Shown piece by piece: positions 1 through 9,866 of a stretch of DNA of 25,524 nucleotides. This DNA comes from Octopus sinensis (Eukaryota), in the NCBI RefSeq assembly GCF_006345805.1, contig NW_021836095.1, positions 1-25,524 on the forward strand. Direction: 5' to 3'. Both the position numbers and the translations under genes were made by a program. Numbering within the stretch: position 1 is the stretch's first letter; each line of letters starts with the position of its first letter. The notes beneath the pieces were generated by a model that searched no databases, was not told where the DNA came from, and saw only the letters and a program-made list of their open reading frames with translations.

Positions 1-283
1 TACATACATACATTCATACATACATGCATGCATGCATGCATACATACATACTACATACATACATACACACACATACATACACACACATACTTACATTACA
101 TACATACTTAAATACATACATACATACTACATACACACACATACATACACACACATACTTACATACATACATACATACATACAAGCATGCATATATACAT
201 ACATACATGCATACATACATACATACATACATACATACATACATACATGCATACATACATACATACATACATACATGCATACA
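1..283. repeat. (TACA)n microsatellite, imperfect
   Basis: Direct tetranucleotide periodicity. The HTYI/MYVC ORFs here are read-throughs of the repeat. Confidence 0.97.
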
Positions 284-299
284 GGTACAACACTTAATC

Positions 300-495
300 C
301 AAGAACGTTTCATTTCTCTCATGGTTTTCCTTTCCATTTCTTTTCTTTTCTCATTCATTTCTGTAGAAGAGGATAGGCTCGAAACGAGATTTCTCCCATT
401 TTTCCCGAGCGTCAAACTATTACAAATTTGTCTGTCGATCGTTCAACTGTCTTCTATGTCATTTGATTTCTTGTTTTCTAAATTTGGAACCGTAT
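300..495 (+). mobile_element. Diverged copy of the ~190-bp hammerhead-like dispersed element (family shared with 11806-11990 and 19800-20003)
   Basis: CTGTAGAAGAGGATAGGCTCGAAACG at 361-386, followed by TTCCCGAGCGTCAAACTATTACA, which matches TTCCCGAGCGTTATACTAATACA in the 11806 copy. Confidence 0.7.
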
Positions 496-566
496 ACATA
501 CACACATGAATAGATAGATACATACATATATACATGCATAAATATGTGCGTGTCTATATATATATT

Positions 567-597
<31 letters not shown>

Positions 598-635
598 ACA
601 GTAGGAGATGGATTTCGTATTAGACCTTTATTACG

Positions 636-675
636 GACAACGTGTGTTTCGACCCATCAGTCTGGCTCTCTTCAG
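636..675 (-). ncRNA. Degenerate type I hammerhead ribozyme motif (Penelope-like)
   Basis: Minus strand reads CTGAAGA-GAGCCA/TGGGTC (stem II, 5 of 6 pairs)-GAAA-CACACGTTG-TC, followed by AATAAA. Stem I next to the core does not pair well. Confidence 0.55.
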
Positions 676-1406
676 ATACATCTATAATGAAGTCTCGGCT
701 GGCTTGTTGTTATATGCCCATCCAGTTAGGGGATGAAAAAAAGCAAATAATATTATAGAAATGCAAAAAATTCAAATATGAACGCTGAAATCTTGCGTTC
801 CAGTTTAAATAAAATGACCTAATCAGCTTTTGGTGTCATGATTGCTTAGAGGAAAATGAAAGTAAGAGGGAAAAGGAATATATATATATATATATATATA
901 TATGTTTTGAAGCGAACATACAATGCACACATTCAAGCCTGCCTCCTTTTGCTTCTACCATTTCTTCCACGCGTAATGTTCCCATATGAAAACATGTCAA
1001 TAATTATTGAGATTCAACAACATTCTTAACCAGCATCTTTTATTACGAATATAATTATAAATTCCTTTAAAATTTCATTTTGATTACTTTTACTCATTAT
1101 AACCTAATTTGATTGGCACAATACTCGATTGCTTTACTTGTTTAAACTGTTATAATTGTGTACATCTCTTCACCATTTACACTACAATGCTTGAGTTTAT
1201 AAGTACCTGCGTCTATTTACTTTTTTCTCACGCTGTCCCCAAATCGAAAATCGTTCAAATTAAACGGTGTATAATATTTGATATCAGCAATCATGTTGGA
1301 AGCTCAACGTTCTCGTACTGGAACCAACGCAGTGTTGTGGTTACATTATCTGCTTCACCAGAAATAATAGTCAAATCCCTTTCAAACCGCATACGGCCTA
1401 GAGTAC

Positions 1407-1407
<1 letters not shown>

Positions 1408-1463
<56 letters not shown>
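1408..1463. repeat. (TAT)n microsatellite
   Basis: Direct trinucleotide periodicity. Confidence 0.97.
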
Positions 1464-1465
<2 letters not shown>

Positions 1466-1469
1466 GTAA

Positions 1470-2080
1470 GGCGGCAAGCTAACAGAATTGGGACCTTTTC
1501 GGTTTGAACGGCAGATTTTTTCTAGCGGTGTCATATGAAATTGTCCCTCATAATTATGACTCTAGTATTGATCTACTGCATTTCAGTCTGTTTTAGGGTT
1601 AGGGTTAGGGATTCATAAAAGGAAATAAACCCAATCTGTTTCTTAAACGGGGGACATATTCATACGGCACAGAATGTTGTTTACCTCAATGGATGTCAAT
1701 GATTGGTTGAAATTGCAGAAATTGAAGAAAAAAAAACAACAAATATCTTACAAACTATAGAATTTTCTCAATGAAGCCAAGAGAAAAATATGTTTTATAA
1801 ACACATTCTACCAGTTTACGAAGTTTAAAATTTTTTAGTTACCTAGAAATTATTTTAAAAACTGCCGTTCAAACCGAAAGGATCCCAGAATTGTTAACAC
1901 ACAGGGCGAAATGCTTACACTCTGTTCACATGCTGTCGAGATGGACTTTGCCTTTCATCCGTTCGTGGTCTATAAAACAAGTACCAGTTGAACACTGAGG
2001 TTGATGTAATCGATTCTCGATTCGCTCCCTCGCCGGAAATTGCTAGCCTTGTGTCAAAATCTAAGATCAATATTATTATT
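1470..2080 (+). mobile_element. tRNA-derived CORE-type SINE (octopus OR1-like), interrupted by a MITE at 1490-1886
   Basis: Head GGCGGCAAGCTAACAGAATT resumes after the MITE as GTTAACACACAGGGCGAAATGC. It continues with the core GACTTTGCCTTTCATCC...AAGTACCAG and ends in an (ATT) tail. Confidence 0.8.
1490..1886. mobile_element. Non-autonomous DNA transposon (MITE), 397 bp, 25-bp TIRs, 6-7 bp TSD
   Basis: TIRs at 1490-1514 (GGGACCTTTTCGGTTTGAACGGCAG) and 1862-1886 (reverse complement GGGATCCTTTCGGTTTGAACGGCAG). AGAATT is duplicated at 1484-1489 and 1887-1892. Internal (TTAGGG)3 at 1593-1610. Confidence 0.9.
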
Positions 2081-2504
2081 GGATTTTACCAAGAGAGCTC
2101 ACGTTACACATCTCTCGCGTTCGCGGATTATATTTTGTGGAATTTTACCAAAATTAGATGAGATTTTTTTCCTGTTTATTCGTTTGAGTTGTTTCAGTGA
2201 CAAGCGAGCAGATTTTGGTTAGCTTTTTTTTTTCTTCTTCCGTATTTTCTTTTCTTCGTACATGTTTGTGGAGTTGACATTCATCGCAAATTTACAATGC
2301 GAGAAACACACTCGCCATAAAAGAAATAAAATAGAATAGAAAAAAAACAAACACCGCAGCATAGAAAAGAAAGAATAAAGAAAAACAAAACACATAAAAT
2401 ATATAAAACAAAACAACAACATGGTTGGAAACAAAGAAAAAAAAACTAACGCTTTTACGGATTTTTTTTTTGCTGATGAAAGTGACTTGACAACAGCTAA
2501 ACAA

Positions 2505-2522
2505 TAGCAATAACAACATCAT

Positions 2523-2553
<31 letters not shown>

Positions 2554-2572
2554 AACAACAACAACAATAACA
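2505..2572. repeat. (CAA)n microsatellite
   Basis: Direct periodicity. Confidence 0.95.
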
Positions 2573-2719
2573 GCTACAAGACATCGTTGTGCAAATCCTG
2601 TGTCCAATACGAAAATTCTTGCACATAGACAAATGCCATTCCGAGAAAATAATTTGGCAATGTATCAGAAAAAGACTAATTTTCGTTGCCTGAAGACGCA
2701 GTCCCAGAACAGGTTCTAA

Positions 2720-3450
2720 AGAATCGGCACTCCGTCGGTTACGACGACGAACATTCCGCATGAGACTAACGGAATAACGTGCAAATGGCTGAGTACTCCA
2801 CAGACACGCATATCTATTTCTTTACAACCTACAAGGGGCTAAACACAGAGGGGACAAACAAAGACAGACAAACGGATTAAGTCGATTATATCGACCCCAG
2901 TGCGTAACTGGTACTTAATTTATCGACCCCGAAAGGATGAAAGGCAAAGTCGACCTCGGTGGAATTTGAACTCAGAACGTAGCGGCAGACGAAATACCTA
3001 TTTCTTTACTACCCACAAGGGGCTAAACACAAAGGGGACAAACAAGAACAGACAAACGGATTAAGTCGATTATATCAACCCCGGTGCGTCACTGGTACTT
3101 AATTTATCGACCCCGAAAGGATGAAAGGCAAAGTCGACCTCGGCGGAATTTGAACTCAGAACGTAACGACAGACGAAATATGGCTACGCATTTCGCCCGG
3201 CGTGCTAACGTTTCTGCCAGCTCGCCGCATATCCTTTACGTAGTTCTCAGGGAGATTCAGAGAGACACAGAATGTTACAAGGTTGGATCTTTGAATTACG
3301 TGTACAGCTCATTTCTGCCAGCTGAGTAGACTGCAACAACTTGAAATAAAGTGTCTTGCTCAAGGACACAACGCGCCAGCGGGAATCGAACTCACGACCT
3401 TACGTTCATGAGCCGAATATCCTAACCACTTAACCCCGCGCTTTCACAGC
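2720..3450 (-). mobile_element. tRNA-derived SINE split by the nested 184-bp-unit SINE at 2815-3225
   Basis: The head at ~3385-3445 has a B-box-like GAGTTCGATTCC on minus. Segments 3234-3310 and 2720-2806 are collinear with the 3' part of the intact SINE at 23908-24288. Confidence 0.8.
2815..3225 (-). mobile_element. CORE-type SINE dimer: head plus two 184-bp units
   Basis: Head GCGGCGAGCTGGCAGAAACGTTAGCACGCCGGGCGAAATGC on minus. Units span 2998-3181 and 2814-2997. Flanking duplication CGCATATC at 2807-2814 and 3226-3233. Confidence 0.9.
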
Positions 3451-3574
3451 TTCGGTTTGGAAAGGAGAAAACTCCAGAACCTGCTGTTCTTACCGCTAGT
3501 CTTCTACTGTCTCTATCTGTCTGAAGCTCCGTCTCTCTCTATATGTGTCCGTGTGTGCCTGTCTGGCAGCTTGC

Positions 3575-3865
3575 CCGTCTGTCTGTCTATCTGTCTGTCT
3601 GTTTGTCTGTTTATATGTGTGTATGTATGTATATATGTATGTATGTATGTATGTATGTGTGTATGTGTGTGTGTATGCGTGTGTATGTATGTATGTATGA
3701 ATGTATGTATGTATGTATGTATGTATGTATATATGTATGTGTGTATGTATGTATGTGTGTATGTATGTATGTATGTATGTATGTATGTATGTATGTGAGT
3801 GTGTATGCATGTATGTATGTATGTATGTATGTATGTATGTATGTATGTATGTGTGTGTGTATATA
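3575..3865. repeat. (TCTG)n/(TATG)n compound microsatellite
   Basis: Direct periodicity. Confidence 0.97.
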
Positions 3866-3872
3866 TGGTGAA

Positions 3873-4197
3873 GGCACATGGCTCAGTGGTTAGAGCGTCG
3901 AGCTTACGATCGTGAGGTTGTGAGTTCGAATCCCGGACCGGGTTGCGGGTTGTGTTCTTGAGCAAAGCACTTTATTTCATGTTGCTCCAGTTCACTCAGC
4001 TGTAGAAATGGGTTGCGATGTCACAGGTGCCAAGCTGTATCGGCCCCTTTGCCATTTCCGTGGATAACATCAGTGGCATGGAGAGGGGAGGCCGGTATGC
4101 ATGAGTGACTGCTGGTCTTCCAGGAACAACCTTGCCTGGGAGTGTAACTTTCTAGGTGCGATCCCATGGTCAGTGTCGTGACCAAAGGGGGTCTCAG
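3873..4197 (+). mobile_element. Full-length tRNA-derived SINE
   Basis: A-box TGGCTCAGTGG at 3879-3889 and B-box GAGTTCGAATCC at 3922-3933. Central domain TGTGTTCTTGAGCAAAGCACTTT. Ends in a (ATGT) tail. Confidence 0.85.
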
Positions 4198-4334
4198 ATG
4201 TATGTATATATGTATGTATGTATGTCTGTATGTGTCTCTCTCTAACTCTTTGTGTCTTCCCAGCTCCAAATTTACGGAGAGTTCTTTTTCTGCTGTCACC
4301 AGGTTTCGATATCTGAGATTCTCGGCCTTTTGTC

Positions 4335-4335
4335 T

Positions 4336-4408
<73 letters not shown>

Positions 4409-4437
4409 GTAGGTAGGTAGGTAGGTAGGTATGTAGG

Positions 4438-4513
<76 letters not shown>

Positions 4514-4518
4514 TAGGT
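4335..4518. repeat. (GATA)n/(GGTA)n/(GACA)n compound microsatellite
   Basis: Direct periodicity. Confidence 0.97.
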
Positions 4519-4576
4519 AAGTAGAAAATTACTAATTTTAAATCTCACAACGTGAGCTATTCAGCAACAGTACTTT

Positions 4577-4822
4577 GTAGTAAAGATTGTGTGACAACAT
4601 AAAATGGCAGTCTTAGTTTAGGACTAATGTTGCTGTAATTTAGCCCCAGGAGATATCGTCTCCAGCTGGCTATACGACACAATCTGTGTCCTTGTTCGAA
4701 AATGTTAGAACACAGATCGTGTCGTATAGCGAGCTGGAGACGATGTCTCCTGAGGCTAAATTACAGCAACATTAGTCCTAAACGAGGCCTGCCATTTTAT
4801 GCTGGCAAATAATCTTTACTAC
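4577..4822. mobile_element. Fold-back palindromic element (MITE-like), 116-bp arms and 14-nt spacer
   Basis: 4577-4692 is the reverse complement of 4707-4822, with about 12 substitutions and no indels by manual comparison. A weak extension CTATTCA...TGAATAG reaches ~4557 and ~4850. Confidence 0.85.
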
Positions 4823-5083
4823 CAGATAGATAAATAGTTGGATTGAATAGAACCTAGACACATCAATACGTAGGGCGCTAGAAATGGTTAGGTACAATAA
4901 TAATAGGGTTAACAGAGTAGTAAATCTGGTGTTAGTAGGACACTGTCGTAAATTTTAAATCAACTTTGTATTTATGCTTATATATATATATATATGATTA
5001 GGGTGCTAGAAATAAGAGCTAAAAAGCTCTCATGGTGTAGTCAAAGTACATAATTGTATACTTATATGCTGACATGAATTGTA

Positions 5084-5156
<73 letters not shown>

Positions 5157-5171
5157 GTAGTAGTAGTAGTA

Positions 5172-5219
<48 letters not shown>

Positions 5220-5246
5220 CAGCAGCAGCAGCAGTAGCAACAGCAG
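5084..5246. repeat. (ATT)n-(AGT)n-(AGC)n compound triplet microsatellite
   Basis: Direct periodicity with successive motif changes. Confidence 0.95.
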
Positions 5247-5609
5247 TATTACAAATCTCCATATCGATCCATGTCTACGGAAGCATAACGCATCTCCAGT
5301 CTTTCTTAACCAACACAAATCTCCGCAAATCCAGTCAACGTTTCTGAAGAATTTTCGGTGAATAAAACACGACAATATTTGTTGCAAATGCTGCTATGCG
5401 TATCTCAAACCAAATCCCTCTTAATCTCTTGAACACTGTTCCAATGAAAAGCAGAATAAACTTCTGCCGACCGATGCGGCCAATTCTTTACTTGGTCTTC
5501 TGGCGGATTTTCGTGTGTTAAATATTAAAACCTTGGTATTTCGTTTATTTTACCTTTGCTGTATCACACGGTGCCGTAGTATTGTTGTAAGCTATTTTAT
5601 CAGGTGTCT

Positions 5610-5760
5610 TTTAGTTTTACATCATTTACTTGTTTCAGTCATCTGACTGCGGCCATTCTGGGGCACCATATTAAAGAATTTTAGTCGAACGACTCAACTC
5701 CAGTACTTACTTTCTATGAAGACAAATATTTATTCTATTAGTATCTTTATTCTATTAGTA
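5610..5760 (-). mobile_element. SINE 3' fragment (family of 6454-6892)
   Basis: TTTACTTGTTTCAGTCATCTGACTGCGGCCAT matches the reverse complement of the shared SINE tail CATGGCCGCAGTCAAATGACTGAAACAAGTAAA. Confidence 0.7.
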
Positions 5761-5779
5761 TTCGTATTATAATTGTTGT

Positions 5780-5935
5780 GAGCCGGCAGAATCGTTAGCA
5801 CGCCGAACAAATTGCTAAACAGTATTTCATCCGTGTTAATGTTTTGAGTTCAAGTTCCTCCGAAGTTGACTTTGCTCTCCCCTAAAATTTAAGGCCTTTG
5901 CAAGAACAACCAAAACACAGTAAAGGTAGTAGAAA
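5780..5935 (+). mobile_element. Degenerate OR1-like SINE (head and partial core)
   Basis: GAGCCGGCAGAATCGTTAGCACGCCG...GAGTTCAAGTTCC...GTTGACTTTGC resembles the heads at 3225 and 7184. Confidence 0.65.
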
Positions 5936-6453
5936 TTGGACAAAATCTAATTTGAAACATACTGGTCTTTAGCGATACGATATATATCGTTAACAGGTAA
6001 TCGTTAATAGGTAATTTTGAACAAAACTAAGTCTACGAGACACGGCATTCTAAATTGACGCAGTCAATTATACAAGACCATTATCTATGTGTTTAGGCGA
6101 GTAAATACACAGTTTGCTGAGAATTTAGTAAAAGTCTGCATAGCTTTCGCTGTATGGAGTCTGGCGGTAAGTTTGTTATTACCGTAATGTAATATACCGG
6201 AAATAAAACAAGAAAATTAATGACAGCTTTTGGAACACACCAATTGATATTGAACTTTCTCACCAGGAAAGTATTAGGGTCACATATAAAATGAAATAAA
6301 ATTGTTTATCTTTATAGACCCAAGGTCGGCTGTTCTCTTGCAAATATATAGATACGTGGCCAAAGGTGTTACATTCACGAACACACCAACGTCCTTTTAT
6401 TTATTTATTTTTTTGTCCAGCCAGAGCGTATATCGGACTGCAGTCTGAAACAT

Positions 6454-6626
6454 GGCGTAGGTGCGGGCGTGGCTGTGAGGTAAGGAGTTTTCTGGCCAAT
6501 CGCATGGTTCCGAGTTCAGTCCCAATGCGTGACACTTTAGGCAGGTGTCGTCCACTATAGCCTCGGTCCGGCCCAAACCTTGTAAGTGGATTTAGTAAAC
6601 AGAAACTGAAAGAGCCTGTCGCATAT

Positions 6627-6657
<31 letters not shown>

Positions 6658-6892
6658 TTGTGTGTGTGTGTATGTGCCTGAGTGTACTTCTGTCTTTGTG
6701 TTTGTTCCATACCACCGCTTATCTACCGGCGCTGGTATGTTTACGTTTCCATAGCGTGATAGTTCGACCAAAAGGACTGATAGATAAGTACCAAGCTTCT
6801 AAAAAAATACCAGGATCGATTCCTTCGACTAAATATTCTTCACAGCGGTGTCCCAGCATGGCCACAGTCTAATGACTGAATCAAGTAAAAAG
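6454..6892 (+). mobile_element. tRNA-derived SINE with internal (TA)/(TG) microsatellite (OR2/OK-like)
   Basis: Head GTGGCTGTGAGGTAAG...GGTTCCGAGTTCAGTCCC, internal TA/TG tract, core GATAAGTACCA, tail CCAGCATGGCCACAGTCTAATGACTGAA. Collinear with 17706-18157 on the opposite strand. Confidence 0.85.
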
Positions 6893-7184
6893 GAAAAGGC
6901 AAAGTCGACCTCTGCAGAATTTGAACTCAGAACGTAACGACACACGAAATACCTATTTCTTCACTGCCCACAAGGGGCTACACACAGAGGGGACAAACAA
7001 GGACAGACACACGGATTAAGTCGATTATATCGACCCCAGTGCGTCACTGGTACTTAATTTATCGACCCCGAAAGGATGAAAGGCAAAGTCGACCTCGGCG
7101 GAATTTGAACTCAGAACGTAGCGGCAAACGAAATAATGCTAAGCATTTCACCCGGCGTGCTAACCTTTCTGCCAGCTCGCCGCC
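6893..7184 (-). mobile_element. CORE-type SINE: head, one 184-bp unit and a partial second unit
   Basis: Head GGCGGCGAGCTGGCAG on minus. Unit spans 6953-7136. The junction AAATAG|GTATTT is at 6953/6952. Confidence 0.9.
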
Positions 7185-7289
7185 TTATCTCCTCATCTCC
7201 ATTGCTAGAGTGCAAAATAAGTGAAGAGTATGCGGAAAATTTCGATCGCATGCTTGTTGGTTACTTCCGGTTATGTGCCCAGAGTTGAG

Positions 7290-7395
7290 TTGTCAGGTTA
7301 CTGATGAAGAAATGAAGGAAAATCCAAGCAGATATTATTCGCAAAGTCCACGAAGCAAGAAATTGTTTCCTTGTAGATGTATCAATCATTCCAGA
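7290..7395 (+). pseudogene. Highly decayed fragment of an R4/Dong-like LINE RLE endonuclease domain
   Basis: With one frameshift it reads VTDEEMKENP/ADIIRKVHEARNCFLVDVSI. This aligns by eye with HTDCEIKANRPDTVVRDHEGKKCVLIDASIP at ~18570-18660. Confidence 0.4.
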
Positions 7396-8062
7396 CACAC
7401 GGGCATACAGACACGCACCCATACATACATACAGACACGCACATACAGACACGCACATACATACATACATACACACATACATACATACATACATACATAC
7501 ATACTTACATACATACATATATACATACACACACCCATACATATATACATACATACATACAAGCATACATACATACATACAAACATACAGACACGCACCC
7601 ATACATACATACATTCATACATACATCCATCCATACATACATTCATACATACATACATACATACACATACATACATACACACATACAAATATATAGACAC
7701 ACACCCATACATACATACATACATACATACATACATACATACGTATATACATACATACATACATACGTATATACATACATACATACATACGTACATACAC
7801 ACATACATACATACATACATACATACATACATACTGACGTACGTATATACATACAAGCATACATACATACAGACACGCACCCATCCATCCATACATACAT
7901 ACATACATACATACATACATACATACATACATACATACCTACATACATACATACATACTGACGTACGTGCGTACATACAAGTATATATACATACATGTGC
8001 ATCTGTATGTGTGTGTGTGTGTGTATGTGTGTGTGTATGTGTGTGTGTGTGTCTGTGTGTGT
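7395..8062. repeat. (CATA)n microsatellite with (TG)n end
   Basis: Direct periodicity. The long HTYI ORFs are artefacts of this repeat. Confidence 0.97.
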
Positions 8063-8402
8063 AAAGTTACATCGGACAAACAGTCTAACAATATTTATCA
8101 CCACGAGATGTAGGTCATGCTTGTAAAGGCCATCTTGTAATATATATATATTATCTGAAATATCAAGCGTTCACGCTGTGTAATTATTTAGAGAGTTGTC
8201 CAGAAAGTTAAGCAGAACCAGCATCTAGGCAAAATACGTAAAGTTGGAAAAGGGTTTTATGCGCGTTTAATTTGAGATCACAAATTGTGATATTATTTCA
8301 ACACTATGACCTCGTCAGTATTATTAAGGGGCGACAAAGTCATATGGCCGAAACAGCAATCTAATTTGAAAGGTGTGCTTATAAAACTCACATATACATA
8401 CA

Positions 8403-8438
<36 letters not shown>

Positions 8439-8520
8439 TATATACATAACCACCTTTTATCAATTCAATTTATAGAAAGATAATGGTATATATAATATAT
8501 ATATATATATTATATAAAGT

Positions 8521-8577
<57 letters not shown>

Positions 8578-8773
8578 GAAAGATGAATAATCTTGTTGCA
8601 GATTAATCAAAAGTTTAACCGATACCTTGGTAGCAAAAATCACAGCAGAAGACAGCACGGTTGGAGGTACAACCATATGTGTTGCAACCGTGCGTTGGTG
8701 CGGATAATTGAATTTTAATATTTTTTGTGAATTGAAGAAATGGAGTTGAACGAAGATTGAACAGAAATCGTTT

Positions 8774-8866
8774 TATTTCATTCTACACGTGTTTCGAAAG
8801 GCACAATTTACCAAATTCCGATTGAATAATGAGACCATATTGTGTCTTTCTCTTCAGGAAGAAATA
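8774..8866 (-). ncRNA. Type I hammerhead ribozyme with intact catalytic core (Penelope-like/retrozyme type)
   Basis: Minus strand: stem I TATTTC-TTC / GAA-T-GAAATA (9 bp, 1-nt bulge), CTGAAGA, stem II GAAAGACACAAT / ATTGTGCCTTTC (11 of 12 pairs), GAAA, palindromic CACGTG, then TA. Predicted GUA cleavage lies between 8784 and 8783. Confidence 0.85.
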
Positions 8867-8885
8867 GGAAATCCGTTGGAAAAAA

Positions 8886-9314
8886 CAAAAACAGAACAGA
8901 GGCGGAGCAAAACAAATCGAACTAGGCTCCTAAGAGCCCATGGCCAAACTGTTTATCAGTGTATGTTGAAAACGGGTGGTGGGTGCGTTGAAGAATTTAA
9001 CGGGTCAGGCAGCGGTCATTTCGGTGGGTGAGGGCACGGGGTGTGTAGATGTTCTTTGTGACCGAGAGTAAAGTTCTGACCATTTAAAGAATATTAGATG
9101 TATTATATGGGGCGGGACAAAAACTACTTAGAGACATGTGTGTGTTTACTGTTCTATATATGTGTACGGGCGCAAGTTGGCAAGAGGCGCTACCTTCTGG
9201 TCACTGCCGAGAAATCCGTCGAGGGGTAGAAAACATTTTATGTGTACGTGTGTGCGTTTGATCGCGCGGCTGTCAGTTTTCGATTTGTTTTGCTCCTCCT
9301 CTGTTCTGTTTTTG
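8886..9314. repeat. 36-bp inverted repeat pair (8886-8921 and 9279-9314) adjacent to the hammerhead
   Basis: CAAAAACAGAACAGAGGCGGAGCAAAACAAATCGAA and TTCGATTTGTTTTGCTCCTCCTCTGTTCTGTTTTTG differ by one mismatch. Confidence 0.85.
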
Positions 9315-9449
9315 TATATATAGATATATATATATATATATAATATATACATCGATTTATGGATGTATATACACACAGAACAGTCATGCAATGTGTGTGT
9401 ATGTATTTATGTGTGTATGTATACACACACACACACACACACACACGCA

Positions 9450-9497
<48 letters not shown>

Positions 9498-9830
9498 CCA
9501 TGTATGGATTGTATACAGACATACACTAATATATATATGCATTCATGCATATGTGTGTGTATACGATATGAATATATAGACAGAGAAGTGCATAAATGTA
9601 TGAGTGTATGTGTGTATTTATATATATATATATATATATATATCTGTATGTGTACACAATTAGAGAAAATACTTGTGTTTATAAATTGTATTAAGAATAA
9701 GCTGGCAACTAATGGGCGGTTTCATAACTTTTCTTTTCAGTCTGAAAAACCGTTTGAGACGTGTGAAGTAGCAACTTGAAATGAGAAACCTTATCTCTCT
9801 CTCTCTCTCTTTATATATATATATGCATAT

Positions 9831-9866
<36 letters not shown>

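Noticed and set aside
2472-2500. CTGATGA-AAGTGACTT-GACA hammerhead-like match
   Set aside because: GAAA is altered and no stem I or stem III forms. Likely chance.
5250-5530. Unique segment with a short minus-strand ORF (5154-5387)
   Set aside because: All frames have stops nearby and no motif was recognised. The ORF is extended by the triplet repeat.
7301-7325. CTGATGA...GAAA match
   Set aside because: No stem II pairing. The segment is better explained as a decayed LINE RLE fragment.
8290-8320. Minus-strand CTGACGA...GAAA match
   Set aside because: Stem II would be only G-U pairs and stem I does not form.
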